From a virus (Duplodnaviria > Caudoviricetes): a stretch of 64,000 bases of DNA. Location: the IMG/VR virus record IMGVR_UViG_3300023283_000076, positions 206,654-270,653 of that record. One strand, written 5' to 3'. The position numbers were made by a program, and so were the translations under genes. Below the pieces are notes generated by a model, which saw only the letters and a program-made list of their open reading frames with translations, did not search any database and was not told the DNA's origin. Shown here piece by piece: positions 19,839-29,797 of this stretch; the stretch's first letter is position 1; each line of letters begins with the position of its first letter.

Positions 19839-22800
19839 ATGGCAGATAACATGAATGAATTAGCCCGTGAGTTAGTTCGGGCAATGCGAGAAGAATTAAA
19901 CAATAACTCAACATTTTCCTCAAATACAGGCAGTGGGTATAATTTTGTGCGCGATGATGATGCACGTAGAAGTAACAGACCCGAAAATACATTAGATAGG
20001 GTTACTGATCAATTAGATAAATTAAATAAAACTATAATAGAAGCTAGAGGAATTAATAAAAAAGTTTTTAAATCTATGTTGGACGGAATTCCAATATATG
20101 CCAAATATAGCAAAGCTGTACAAGATATTACCGAAACGGTAGAAAATCAGTCTCGGGGCCAATCAGAGGCATTTAGAAAATCTGCACATGCCATGAGCGA
20201 ATTTACCGCTAACGTAGGAGTAAATTCTAAATCCTTTGAAAAAGTATCAACTACCATGGCAAAAGTTCATGATTCTACTAAAACATTGGAAGACTTGGCA
20301 AAGAAACGAGAAGCATTAGAAAATAATATAAATTCCTCATTAAAAAAATTAGGAATAACACGAAACGAATTAGATTCTGAATATAGAAATCTACCGAATA
20401 TAATTGAAGAAGTAAATGAAAAAATAAAAAAAACTGGTGATTCAAATCAAAAAGAGCATTTGATAAAAACACGTCAACAACTAGAAAATTTAAATGAAAT
20501 ACCAAAAGCTATTGAGGCCCTTACTGATGTAATGAATGATACACAGCTTAGAGAATTAAGTGTTAAACATCCGGAACTTAAGCCGTTGTTAGATGAGATA
20601 CTTGGAAGATTAGAGGAAGTATTAAAAACAGAAGAATCTGGATCTACTCGTAGAGCTTCCATAGATGAAATATCAGAGAGAATAGACGAAAATACAGAAA
20701 CGAATGAAAGCCTTAAAGGAGCTTTACAGACTTCATCTACATGGATGGAAAAACTTGGAAACGTGTTTTCTAAAAATGTTAAAGATTTACAACACGCGTT
20801 AGAAAATTTCACAAAGTCTATAGGAGCAGCTATAGGTGAGGGAGTATCCAAAGAACTATCGCTTGTTATGGTTAGGCAGAGGTTCACGGGCAGTGATAGC
20901 GCGTTTCGCGGTTATTCTGCAAGAACAGCCGCACTACCTATGGGAATGAGTGAAGCTGATCTTCTTAGTTCAGTTGCAGAGAATAGAAACGTTATACGAA
21001 GAATGGCACAAGATAGCGGTGCCGCATCAGGAGCAGGGGCGTTAGTTCAGGACGGCGGGCTAAGAGAATTTCAGAAACTTTCTAGAGAAATGGGCCTTAT
21101 GGGCAAGGAAGGTTTAGATAATATATTACAAGTCTCTGATAATATACGTGTATTAGGGTTACGACTTGATCGAGCAAACATTGCAGACTCTGTAGAGTTT
21201 TTTAGAGATACGTTTAAAGATCTTGCCATAACACAGGAGCAAATGAGAAGATTTTTTGCAGATATGTCCAGCGAGGGTATGTTACGAGCACTATCTGCAG
21301 GAGAAGATGCTAGGCTTGCCTCGTTAGAATCAATACAAAATGAAGTTGAGTTTAGAGGTAAGTTGGCCAGAGTATTAAACCAAGAATTAGAGCTTCAGAA
21401 AAAACGGGTTAGGGAACTGTCCGGTCTTGCGTATGGCGGGCCGGGCGAGGCCATAAAGCGTTCTGTAGGTGTTCAAATTTTAGCAGAGCAAGCTGGGATG
21501 GATCCTGAAACTGTGCGATTGTTGGGAGAACAAACTAGAACGGGTGGTGTAAGTCTTAACGAAGAAGAAAGACAAAGAGCCGCTACAAAATATGCAGAGT
21601 TGATTGGTGATACCGGAGGGGCTCTGCATCGGGCAGTGGGCCAAGATCAAACCGGGATTCGAGCCATGTTAACCCAAATCATGGATATGGCCGGGGTTGA
21701 TGGTAGAGCGGCTGTAGAAGAATATATAAGACGCGGGGGTGATATTGGCGATCTGGAACCAGAAGATATAGTAGGCTCTCCAAGAACCCAAACCGAAAGA
21801 GTAGCTTCCGAAGTTAGCAAATGGGGCCACGCCACAGTTTCTACATTAGAAACAATGCAAGGGGTTTTAAATACATCTATAGGGAAATCCACGGGAGCCA
21901 TAGTAGCAGCATTGGGACAGTATGCTATGGCCGGTTTAGCAGGAGGTATGGGTGGGAGACTTGCTAGGCGAGGGACCGCTGGAATGGGAAAAAGATTCTT
22001 GGGCCGAGCAGGGGGCATAGGTGTTGGTGCTCTTGCCACAGGAACAGGAATGTATTTGGGGGCAGATGCAGAAAGAGGATCAGGTATGGATACTGCTAGT
22101 GGTATGCTGACCGGGGCAGGGGCCGGACTAATGCTTGGGTCATATGCAGGAGTTCCGGGTGCTATTGCCGGAACACTAGGTGGTGCTGCGCTAGGGGGCA
22201 TAACCTCGGTGTTTCAAAACATGAGAAGAGAGCGAGAAATTGATCGAGCCGTAGGGTTAATGGCGATGGGAAACTTTGGTGCAGAGTCATCACCAGAATT
22301 CGAACAAAAGAAAAACGAATTGATACAGGAGCACCGAAACGCATATATAGAAGGCGATGAAGAAAAAATGATTGAGATAGAAGAAAAGATCAAATCTGTC
22401 CAAGACTCCCCACAGGTAAATTCATTGATGCAAAATATCAATCGTTTAGACGATAAAAACGAGCGTATGGAACTTGCCATGGCCACAAATAGAGCAAAAC
22501 TTAACAAAACAGTTGTAGGTGGGTTACCACGCTATAGTCTGGTAGAACCGGATGATTCAGAGTTAAAAAAAGAAATTGGAAAAGATATTTCTAATTTTGT
22601 AGAAAGTGAAGAATTTAAAAAAATAACAACTGAAACGCCACTTAATGATATGATCAGAGTATTAAAAGAAGATATTGATATTGAGAATGAAGAAAAGATA
22701 ATGGATAAACTGTTAAAAAGAGTGGACTATATCGCGAACTTGTCAGATGAAAGAAAGAAACTCTTACAAGAAGGCAATCAAGATAGGCGTAAACAATTTG

Positions 22801-22913
22801 AAAATATGAGTGAAACCGAGATACGAGAAGCCCTAGAGAATGCGTTAACCGGCAAACGGGCATCTGCGGAAAATGCGATTATAGGTAATAGAAACGCGTT
22901 TTCTAGAGAATAA
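19839..22913 (+). CDS. Probable tail tape-measure protein
   Basis: 1024 aa, coiled-coil/helical with Gly/Ala-rich hydrophobic segment (GGIGVGALATG...GAIAGTLGGAALGG); late promoter. Confidence 0.7.
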   Translation: MADNMNELARELVRAMREELNNNSTFSSNTGSGYNFVRDDDARRSNRPENTLDRVTDQLDKLNKTIIEARGINKKVFKSMLDGIPIYAKYSKAVQDITETVENQSRGQSEAFRKSAHAMSEFTANVGVNSKSFEKVSTTMAKVHDSTKTLEDLAKKREALENNINSSLKKLGITRNELDSEYRNLPNIIEEVNEKIKKTGDSNQKEHLIKTRQQLENLNEIPKAIEALTDVMNDTQLRELSVKHPELKPLLDEILGRLEEVLKTEESGSTRRASIDEISERIDENTETNESLKGALQTSSTWMEKLGNVFSKNVKDLQHALENFTKSIGAAIGEGVSKELSLVMVRQRFTGSDSAFRGYSARTAALPMGMSEADLLSSVAENRNVIRRMAQDSGAASGAGALVQDGGLREFQKLSREMGLMGKEGLDNILQVSDNIRVLGLRLDRANIADSVEFFRDTFKDLAITQEQMRRFFADMSSEGMLRALSAGEDARLASLESIQNEVEFRGKLARVLNQELELQKKRVRELSGLAYGGPGEAIKRSVGVQILAEQAGMDPETVRLLGEQTRTGGVSLNEEERQRAATKYAELIGDTGGALHRAVGQDQTGIRAMLTQIMDMAGVDGRAAVEEYIRRGGDIGDLEPEDIVGSPRTQTERVASEVSKWGHATVSTLETMQGVLNTSIGKSTGAIVAALGQYAMAGLAGGMGGRLARRGTAGMGKRFLGRAGGIGVGALATGTGMYLGADAERGSGMDTASGMLTGAGAGLMLGSYAGVPGAIAGTLGGAALGGITSVFQNMRREREIDRAVGLMAMGNFGAESSPEFEQKKNELIQEHRNAYIEGDEEKMIEIEEKIKSVQDSPQVNSLMQNINRLDDKNERMELAMATNRAKLNKTVVGGLPRYSLVEPDDSELKKEIGKDISNFVESEEFKKITTETPLNDMIRVLKEDIDIENEEKIMDKLLKRVDYIANLSDERKKLLQEGNQDRRKQFENMSETEIREALENALTGKRASAENAIIGNRNAFSRE

Positions 22914-22945
22914 ATGTTTATAATACATCGCCACCAATGTAAACA

Positions 22946-22953
22946 CATAAATA
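22946..22953 (+). promoter_or_regulatory. Late promoter CATAAATA
   Basis: 24 nt upstream of portal ATG. Confidence 0.55.
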
Positions 22954-22977
22954 ATATCATATTAATTAATCTATAAA

Positions 22978-24753
22978 ATGGCGATTACCAAATTTTATAA
23001 AGTAATAAGACCCCAAGGGCAAGATTCTGAAGTATACACCAATCAAAGTCTGTATGGCTCAGGTGGCGTATATGGAAGAAGTTCATGGTATAATAGGATG
23101 GTTAACGGGTCTGCATCCAGACGAAACCAATACCGTGAATATGATTCTATGGATAACGATTCAGATATTGCGTTAGCTCTGGACTATATTGCAGAAGAAA
23201 TGACTGGAAATAACCCCAAAGAAAAGGACGCTCTAGAACTTGAATTACTACCACAACCAAATCAGGAAATAACAAGTTCTACGTCGATGACCCTTAGAGC
23301 AGCGTTAAGAACATTTATTAAGGTACAAAACCTAGAAAATAATAGACTATTTAATATATGTAGATCTACTATAAAATACGGTGATTTATTTTTCATACGT
23401 TCTAGAAAGAATAATGGAAGATGGATATATGCTCATCCAAAGGATGTTGAAAGTGCAATAGTTGCAAAAGAAGACGTCACAAATGTTAAAGCATGGAACA
23501 TAAAAACGGAAGCAGAAAGCACCCCATATAGAAATTTCACTGGAGCTTCATATTCCAACCCCTACTCTAGTGAACAATCAGAAATGGCACAACCATTTCT
23601 TGCAAAGGATGTTGTAAGGTTTAGTTTATTTGATGAGACTTCTGAGGAGGCACCATTTGGGCTTTCTATATTACGTCCTATATATAAAGCATTCAAACAG
23701 AAAGAATTGTTAGAAGACTCAATTGTTATTTACCGAATTCAAAGAGCACCAGAACGACGGGTATTTTATATTGACGTGGGAAGGGCACACCCCCACAATG
23801 TATCGCAGATACTAGAAAAAGTTAAAAACGATTTTAGACAAAAAAGAATTCCCACAACACACGGTCATGGCCATGGCCATCATGGCGGCCATCATTCTAA
23901 CCAAGGTAGGTCTCAGGTTGATGCGGTTTATAATCCACAATCTATGCAGGAAGATTTCTTTTTAGCAGTTCGACCCAATGCAACTGGGAGCAGAATAGAA
24001 ACGCTTCCGGGTGGACAAAATCTGGGTAATTTGGATGATCTGCATATATTCTTCAGGAAAATTTGGAGAGGTTTAAAAATACCCGAAAGCTATATAAACA
24101 CACTAGAAGGCGATGGTGGTTCAGGGACATTTAATGACAATAAGGTCGGTATTGCATTAATGCAAGAGGTTAAGTTTAGTCTTTATATAGAAAGACTTCA
24201 ATCATTTATAGAAAAAACTCTCGACGAAGAGTTTAAAAGATTTATATATGAAAATGGAATTAATATAGATCCGACATTATACAAAATAACTCTGCCTGCT
24301 CCCAGTAACTTTAAGAAAAGTAGAGACCAAGAAATTGACGCATCGCTTATTAACACATATACTAGTATTAGCGAAGATAATAATATATCTAAGAGATTTG
24401 CTCTTAAGAAATATCTACAACTTACTGAAGAAGAAATGAACCTAAATGAACGTATGCTTAGAGAAGAAAAGGGTCTCCCCGTTAACGGAGGTAGAGAAGA
24501 CATGCCTAAATTATACAACCCTGAAGAGGCAGAAGCCGGAGGATTTGAAGGTGGACTAGGCGGCGCTCCAGAGTTAGGTGGTGCTGGTGAAGGCGGCCTA
24601 GGAGAATTAGGTGACGAAGGAGAACCCGGTGGGTTGGAAGGCAGCGAAACCGAAGGTGCTGGCGGGGAAGAAGGTAATACCACAGATGCGCAAGCCACCC
24701 AAACCAGCGAAGGGCCAGCAGAAAATACTGACACAGACACCGAAACACCATAA
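22978..24753 (+). CDS. gp20: Portal vertex protein gp20
   Basis: QKELLEDSIVIYRIQRAPERRVFYIDVG; SMQEDFF; IETLPGGQNLG; acidic Gly-rich tail. Confidence 0.96.
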   Translation: MAITKFYKVIRPQGQDSEVYTNQSLYGSGGVYGRSSWYNRMVNGSASRRNQYREYDSMDNDSDIALALDYIAEEMTGNNPKEKDALELELLPQPNQEITSSTSMTLRAALRTFIKVQNLENNRLFNICRSTIKYGDLFFIRSRKNNGRWIYAHPKDVESAIVAKEDVTNVKAWNIKTEAESTPYRNFTGASYSNPYSSEQSEMAQPFLAKDVVRFSLFDETSEEAPFGLSILRPIYKAFKQKELLEDSIVIYRIQRAPERRVFYIDVGRAHPHNVSQILEKVKNDFRQKRIPTTHGHGHGHHGGHHSNQGRSQVDAVYNPQSMQEDFFLAVRPNATGSRIETLPGGQNLGNLDDLHIFFRKIWRGLKIPESYINTLEGDGGSGTFNDNKVGIALMQEVKFSLYIERLQSFIEKTLDEEFKRFIYENGINIDPTLYKITLPAPSNFKKSRDQEIDASLINTYTSISEDNNISKRFALKKYLQLTEEEMNLNERMLREEKGLPVNGGREDMPKLYNPEEAEAGGFEGGLGGAPELGGAGEGGLGELGDEGEPGGLEGSETEGAGGEEGNTTDAQATQTSEGPAENTDTDTETP

Positions 24754-24802
24754 GGTATAACAAGACGGAATAATACATTTTATCTTTTTTAGTTATACAC
24801 TA

Positions 24803-24810
24803 AATAAATA
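24803..24810 (+). promoter_or_regulatory. Late promoter AATAAATA
   Basis: 37 nt upstream of ATG at 24848. Confidence 0.45.
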
Positions 24811-24847
24811 TATGTATAAATTTTAAATATTATAAGGAGTTATTTTA

Positions 24848-25537
24848 ATGAATACAAAGGCTAGAAGATTTTTAGATCAGTTTATTAAAGAGCATAACGA
24901 AAACCAAGGATATAGTGAAAAGCTTAATGAATTGTTTAGTGATTACATTACAGAAAACTTTTCAGGAATATTGGTTGAGGATCATGAAAAAAGAATGACC
25001 GCCACAGAAATGGCGAAACATATTAAGAAATTATTCAAAATGTGTGAAGATGAAGAAACTGAAAAAAAATTCCTGAAACGCCTCGGCAAAGCAGCAGATG
25101 TAAAAAATTGTTCTGAAAAGGATATTAAGAAATGCGCCGACGAGCTATGTGAGGCATCCGAAGAAGATTGTGATGATACCATTCATGAATTAGAAGGAAT
25201 GGTCGGATATGAATATGACGCTGATGATGATGATGATGATGATGATGATAATGATAATGACGACAGCGCTGATGGTGGTAAAAAAAAAGTAAATGAAACC
25301 GCAAAAGGTTCTATTATACGTTCAGGAAACTCTAGGATGGTGGTTTTAGATGATTTGGGTGAGGGAGACGTTAGGGCCGCTAGACTTCACCATGGAAAAC
25401 CACTATTTAGAACATCAACATTAGTCAACAGTGGTGATTATGTCGATACTGGTGAGTATATGAATGTTATAGAACCAGAACCCTTTGCCAATAGAGACGT
25501 AGAAAAAATGGGAGGATACGAGGAACACACACTATAA
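24848..25537 (+). CDS. Acidic prohead-core-type protein
   Basis: 229 aa between portal and protease (T4 gp67/68 position); AAGGAG SD; poly-Asp tract. Confidence 0.6.
   Translation: MNTKARRFLDQFIKEHNENQGYSEKLNELFSDYITENFSGILVEDHEKRMTATEMAKHIKKLFKMCEDEETEKKFLKRLGKAADVKNCSEKDIKKCADELCEASEEDCDDTIHELEGMVGYEYDADDDDDDDDDNDNDDSADGGKKKVNETAKGSIIRSGNSRMVVLDDLGEGDVRAARLHHGKPLFRTSTLVNSGDYVDTGEYMNVIEPEPFANRDVEKMGGYEEHTL
25223..25249 (+). repeat. (GAT)9 microsatellite encoding poly-Asp
   Basis: Nine perfect GAT units read directly. Confidence 0.9.
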
Positions 25538-25541
25538 ACTC

Positions 25542-25712
25542 ATGAAAATACATAATGTATTAGATACTAAACCTAAAAAATCTGCTATGGATTTATGGAT
25601 GGATAACTTTTTTACTACTACAGGAAAAAAGAAAAAGAAAACCCTCCCAAAACAAGATAAAATATTTTTTGGAACAGATTACGGACCTGACGATGCGAGA
25701 TATAAAAAATAA
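25542..25712 (+). CDS. Small basic hypothetical protein (56 aa, absent from ORF track)
   Basis: MKIHNVLDTKPKKSAMDLW...ARYKK*; TAATG coupling to next ORF. Confidence 0.6.
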   Translation: MKIHNVLDTKPKKSAMDLWMDNFFTTTGKKKKKTLPKQDKIFFGTDYGPDDARYKK

Positions 25713-25951
25713 TGAATAAAATATTTAAACGAAAAATATTAGAAAGAATAGATTATTTTAATTATATCGATCCAGATATATTTTATCAGTTTGATGATGA
25801 AAAAAATAATACTGAAAAATATAAAAAATCTGATGACACTAAAAAAAGGTCAAAAGAAAAAGAATATGAGAGGGGTGATAAACACCTTTCCAAAAAACAG
25901 GCATCAGATGTACGGAAATACATGCAATATTCTAATGTAAAAAGCGATTAG
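25712..25951 (+). CDS. Small charged hypothetical protein
   Basis: 79 aa, coupled to upstream ORF. Confidence 0.6.
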   Translation: MNKIFKRKILERIDYFNYIDPDIFYQFDDEKNNTEKYKKSDDTKKRSKEKEYERGDKHLSKKQASDVRKYMQYSNVKSD

Positions 25952-25952
25952 T

Positions 25953-25960
25953 TATAAATA
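25953..25960 (+). promoter_or_regulatory. Late promoter TATAAATA
   Basis: Exact consensus 32 nt upstream of ATG at 25993. Confidence 0.65.
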
Positions 25961-25980
25961 AATCTAAATAATATTAAAAG

Positions 25981-26709
25981 GTGTATAAAATTATGCAAAA
26001 AGATAAACTAACTACAGTAATTGATAGATTGGCTGAAGGGAAAGCCGTAGATGATCTTCTATCTTCTATTATCACTGAGAAAACTAGAAAAGTTCTTGGA
26101 ATCACTGAAAAAGATGAGTCAATAAGTATTAAAAATAATGACGTTTTTGTTGGTGACCAAAAGGTTGGTAGTTTTACGGTAGAAGGCGACGATATTGAAT
26201 TTGTAGATGGTGAGGGTAACTCCAAAACCTTTAACAGTGACGATGAAATGATGGAATATGTCGCTAAGTTAAATGAGGGAGAAACTTCTAAAATTGCAGT
26301 TCAGCGAAGAGAAGATCGCCTTAAAAAAGTGCATAACCGCCCTCATGATGTAGATTCTCCAATGGGAGAATATAAAAGAACTAAACTTTCATCAGAACAT
26401 AAAGATTCTAGAATGGAAAATCCAAAGAATCATGAACACGGTAAAGATGATCCATCTGGAAAAACTTTAAATAATGCTTCAGAGGGTGGCTCACAAAAAT
26501 CTACCGATGGGCCAGTAGGGGATTATGATAAAACTGAATTATCTTCAAAACATAAAGACGGTCGAATGGAGAACCCTACGAAAAACGATCATGGATTGGA
26601 TGATCCATCAGCATCAGATGATATAACTGGCGGCGGAAAAGAGGGTTCATCTCCGGACAAAGAATATGATGTAAGAAAAAAACATAAAAAAGACGACCAT
26701 CAGGTATAA
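25981..26709 (+). CDS. Prohead-core-type protein with internal duplication (likely ATG start 25993)
   Basis: 242 aa directly upstream of gp21; ITE and LNE sites; two 36-aa repeats. Confidence 0.65.
   Translation: MYKIMQKDKLTTVIDRLAEGKAVDDLLSSIITEKTRKVLGITEKDESISIKNNDVFVGDQKVGSFTVEGDDIEFVDGEGNSKTFNSDDEMMEYVAKLNEGETSKIAVQRREDRLKKVHNRPHDVDSPMGEYKRTKLSSEHKDSRMENPKNHEHGKDDPSGKTLNNASEGGSQKSTDGPVGDYDKTELSSKHKDGRMENPTKNDHGLDDPSASDDITGGGKEGSSPDKEYDVRKKHKKDDHQV
26353..26613 (+). repeat. Two diverged 108-nt / 36-aa direct repeats (26353-26460, 26506-26613)
   Basis: DSPMGEYKRTKLSSEHKDSRMENPKNHEHGKDDPSG vs DGPVGDYDKTELSSKHKDGRMENPTKNDHGLDDPSA. Confidence 0.85.
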
Positions 26710-26718
26710 AGGATAAAC

Positions 26719-27348
26719 ATGGAAACTCTTATTGAACACATTTCACCGTCAGATGCACATATAGTATGCGAGAATGCACCGGATTCAAAAAGCATGTGGC
26801 TGAATGGAATTTTCATGCAAGCTGATGTCCAGAATAGAAATAAAAGAGTATATCCGATTTCTGAAATGACTAATGCAGTATCTAAGGCAAGTGAAACCAT
26901 TAAAGAAAATGGCGGAATTTTTGGAGAACTCGACCATCCAGCAGAGTTAACTATAAACATGGATCGAATATCACATGCCATTAAAGAAATGTATGTTGAT
27001 GGAAACAATGTGTATGGTAAAGCACAATTACTAAAAACCCCTATGGGGCTAATTGCAGAAGAACTTGCACGTTCTGGAGTTCGCTATGGGATATCAAGTC
27101 GTGGTGCGGGTCAAGTGAATGAAAGTGATGGTCAGGTAAGCGGGTATGTATTTGTTACCGCAGACCTTGTAGCAACCCCCTCTGCCCCGGGCGCGTTTCC
27201 AAAGCCGGTTTATGAGGGACTACAAAACAGCAAAGAGGGAAATAGAGTCCTGTCTCTATCAGAAAGCATGCAGCATGACAACGATGCACAGAAATATTTC
27301 CAAAGATCCATTTTACAATTTGTCGAAAACGTTTTTAATAAAATGTAA
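26719..27348 (+). CDS. gp21: Prohead core protease gp21
   Basis: GIFMQADVQNRNKRVYP, GELDHP, GISSRGAG, DLVATPSAPGA. Confidence 0.96.
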   Translation: METLIEHISPSDAHIVCENAPDSKSMWLNGIFMQADVQNRNKRVYPISEMTNAVSKASETIKENGGIFGELDHPAELTINMDRISHAIKEMYVDGNNVYGKAQLLKTPMGLIAEELARSGVRYGISSRGAGQVNESDGQVSGYVFVTADLVATPSAPGAFPKPVYEGLQNSKEGNRVLSLSESMQHDNDAQKYFQRSILQFVENVFNKM

Positions 27349-27351
27349 ATG

Positions 27352-27380
27352 TTGAAAAAACACATTTTTCATGATATGAT
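27352..27380 (+). promoter_or_regulatory. sigma70-type promoter for endonuclease gene 1
   Basis: TTGAAA-17-TATGAT with TGn extension. Confidence 0.65.
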
Positions 27381-27390
27381 AGCATGAAAA

Positions 27391-28893
27391 ATGTGTTTAA
27401 TCTTTAAAATGCCCGTAGAAGATTTATATTTTTTAACCAAAGAATACCCGCCAAGACGTAGTACGTCTAACGTTCGTATAAAATATCCTAAAGAATATGA
27501 AAAATTATTAGAATTAACCAGCTTCTTGCCCGATACTGCAACAACATCCCAACGCCTATGGCATGTTCGCCATGATAAATTCGAACTCCCTACGTGCGAA
27601 TACGAAAATTGTACTAAACCTACAAAATGGACACCTCCGTATTCAGATTATGCACGTTTTTGCTCTACAAGATGTTTCAATAAAAATAAAACAAAGAATG
27701 CAGAAATTGACAAACATCGTAAAAATATAGAAAAGTATGGCGAAAGCTATGAAGATTTGACAACATCAGATAAAATGAAATTGACCAATGTTAAACGATA
27801 TGGTGTGGATAATCCATTTAAGAATGTCAATAGGATACGAAAAATCAATAATGGAAAATATGGGTGCGATTTTCATTTTCAGCAACATTTATCTGAAGAT
27901 TCTTTGAATAAATTGAATGACAAAGAATGGTTAGTTGAAATGAATCATAACCAGAAACGTAGTTGTGTAGAAATTTCAGAAATTTTAGGGGTTAATAATT
28001 CTACAGTAAATAAAGCAATGTATAGACTAGGAATTATGCCCAATTATGTTTATTCATCAAGTCACTTCGAGAAACAGTTGGTATTATATTTAAGAAGTCA
28101 ACATATTACAATAGCTGAAAATGATAGGTCTATTATAGCACCATTAGAACTAGATATTATGCTACCAGATCACAATCTTGCGATAGAATATTGTGGATTG
28201 TACTGGCATAACGAACTACACAAAAATAAAAATTATCATGAAAATAAGTACAAAAAATGTAAAGAGGTAGGAGTTGATTTATTAACCATATATGAAGATG
28301 AATGGCATGATAAATCTGAATTAATAAAAAAAATGATAATGCATCGAATAGGAATGAATACAGCTACTAAAATATACGCTAGAAGTTGTAAAATAACTGA
28401 GGTGTGTTCAATAGATAAAAAGGAGTTCTTTGATAATACACATGTTCAGGGAAATGGCCCAAGTTCTATTAATGTGGGATTATATCATAATGATAGTTTA
28501 GTGGCTTGTATGGGATTGATAAGAACGAAAAATAAAGGGATGGTATTGAATAGATTTTCTACAAAAAATATTGTTCCCGGAGCATTTTCGAAATTGTTAA
28601 AATATGTATTAAATACATATAAACCAAGTGAAGTAATAACTTTTGCAGATCTTAGATGGGGTGATGGAAAATTATATCAATCTAATGGTTTTATATTAGA
28701 CAAAAAATTAAAGCCTGATTATTATTATGTTTACCAAAATAAAAGATTTCACAAATTTAATTTTAGACATAACAAACTCAAAAAACTATTATCTCATTAT
28801 GATCCTAATAAATCTGAACACGAAAATTGTTTAAACAATAACATCTTCAGAATATACGATTGTGGAAAATATAGGTTCGTTTTTAGAAAATAA
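27391..28893 (+). mobile_element. Free-standing homing-endonuclease-like CDS: Zn/DNA-binding N-terminus + Vsr-like PD-(D/E)xK nuclease + Mom-like GNAT domain
   Basis: CEYENC...FCSTRC; ELDI...AIEYCGLYWH...LLTIYEDEW nuclease motifs; C-terminal LNRF...PGAFSKLLK...TFADLRWGDGKLYQSNGF. Confidence 0.8.
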
Positions 28894-28937
28894 CTATAAA
28901 TACAACATAAGAACAACTATAAACAGCAGTAATATTT

Positions 28938-28963
28938 AGCCCCGTTAATCGGGGCTTTTTTTT
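28938..28963 (+). terminator. Rho-independent terminator
   Basis: AGCCCCG-ttaat-CGGGGCT followed by T-run. Confidence 0.88.
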
Positions 28964-29016
28964 CGCTTCCAAAAATAAGATCTAAATATAAATGCTTATA
29001 TAAGAGGCATTATAAC

Positions 29017-29373
29017 ATGGAATATGAAGAAGAATTTTTTGGAAAACTTGTATTGAAAGTAGTTAGAGATAATAATAACTCAAATAGAGAATATGTTGAT
29101 TGGGTAATAGTTGATCCACAATTAACAGTAAATAAAGAACGTGAGATAGAAGATGGTGACTTTCTGCAAGTGTTTGATAGTTCCGGTCGTTTAATGATAA
29201 ACAAGAAAATTTATAGAGATTATGAAAGTTTATATGATGTTAGACACGGGATGCAATTATATAATGGAATGCGCGTTAGTTGGCTACCAAAAGGAATAGA
29301 CACAGGATTTTGGCGAAATAGATTTGCAGAGCAATGCAGAGCAAGATTAGTCAAGTTAAAACGAGAGGAATAA
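29017..29373 (+). CDS. Hypothetical protein
   Basis: 118 aa ORF. Confidence 0.65.
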   Translation: MEYEEEFFGKLVLKVVRDNNNSNREYVDWVIVDPQLTVNKEREIEDGDFLQVFDSSGRLMINKKIYRDYESLYDVRHGMQLYNGMRVSWLPKGIDTGFWRNRFAEQCRARLVKLKREE

Positions 29374-29377
29374 TATA

Positions 29378-29563
29378 ATGCCATTATTTGAATTTAAATG
29401 TGATAAGTGTAATAAAAGCGTCGATAAGATAATGTCATTCGAAGAATCAGAAATATATGACTCTGTTTGTAAATGTGGTAAAGGGAATTTACGAAAAATA
29501 CCAATTAACAATTTTAATGTAAAATATAAAGGAAACTGGTTTTCAAAAAATAAACGATATTAA
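29378..29563 (+). CDS. FmdB-family zinc-ribbon protein
   Basis: MPLFEFKCDKC...CKCG...FNVKYKGNWF. Confidence 0.85.
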   Translation: MPLFEFKCDKCNKSVDKIMSFEESEIYDSVCKCGKGNLRKIPINNFNVKYKGNWFSKNKRY

Positions 29564-29586
29564 CTATTTCTTTAATATCAGATATG

Positions 29587-29610
29587 AAAAGGCCCCTTTG
29601 GGGCCTTTTT
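29587..29610. terminator. Bidirectional Rho-independent terminator
   Basis: AAAAGGCCCC-ttt-GGGGCCTTTT. Confidence 0.85.
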
Positions 29611-29735
29611 AATTTCTAATATCATAATAAAATTATAAGATTCTGATAACGTAGTATTTTTTTAAACAATTGAAATGGCAAATCAATAAAAAATACTATA
29701 TTTTTAAAAATTATAAAAAATAAAAAAATGAGTGA

Positions 29736-29748
29736 AATCAATAAGTTA
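29736..29748 (+). promoter_or_regulatory. IHF-consensus site upstream of scaffold/capsid operon
   Basis: AATCAATAAGTTA matches WATCAAnnnnTTR, preceded by A-tracts. Confidence 0.45.
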
Positions 29749-29789
29749 TAAATTAATAAATAACAATGTAAATTATTTCTGTCTTATGT

Positions 29790-29797
29790 AATAAATA
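29790..29797 (+). promoter_or_regulatory. Late promoter AATAAATA
   Basis: 44 nt upstream of scaffold ATG. Confidence 0.5.

Noticed and set aside
21400-22270. Local GC-rich island inside the tape-measure gene as a horizontal insertion
   Set aside because: Explained by Gly/Ala-rich coding content within a continuous ORF.
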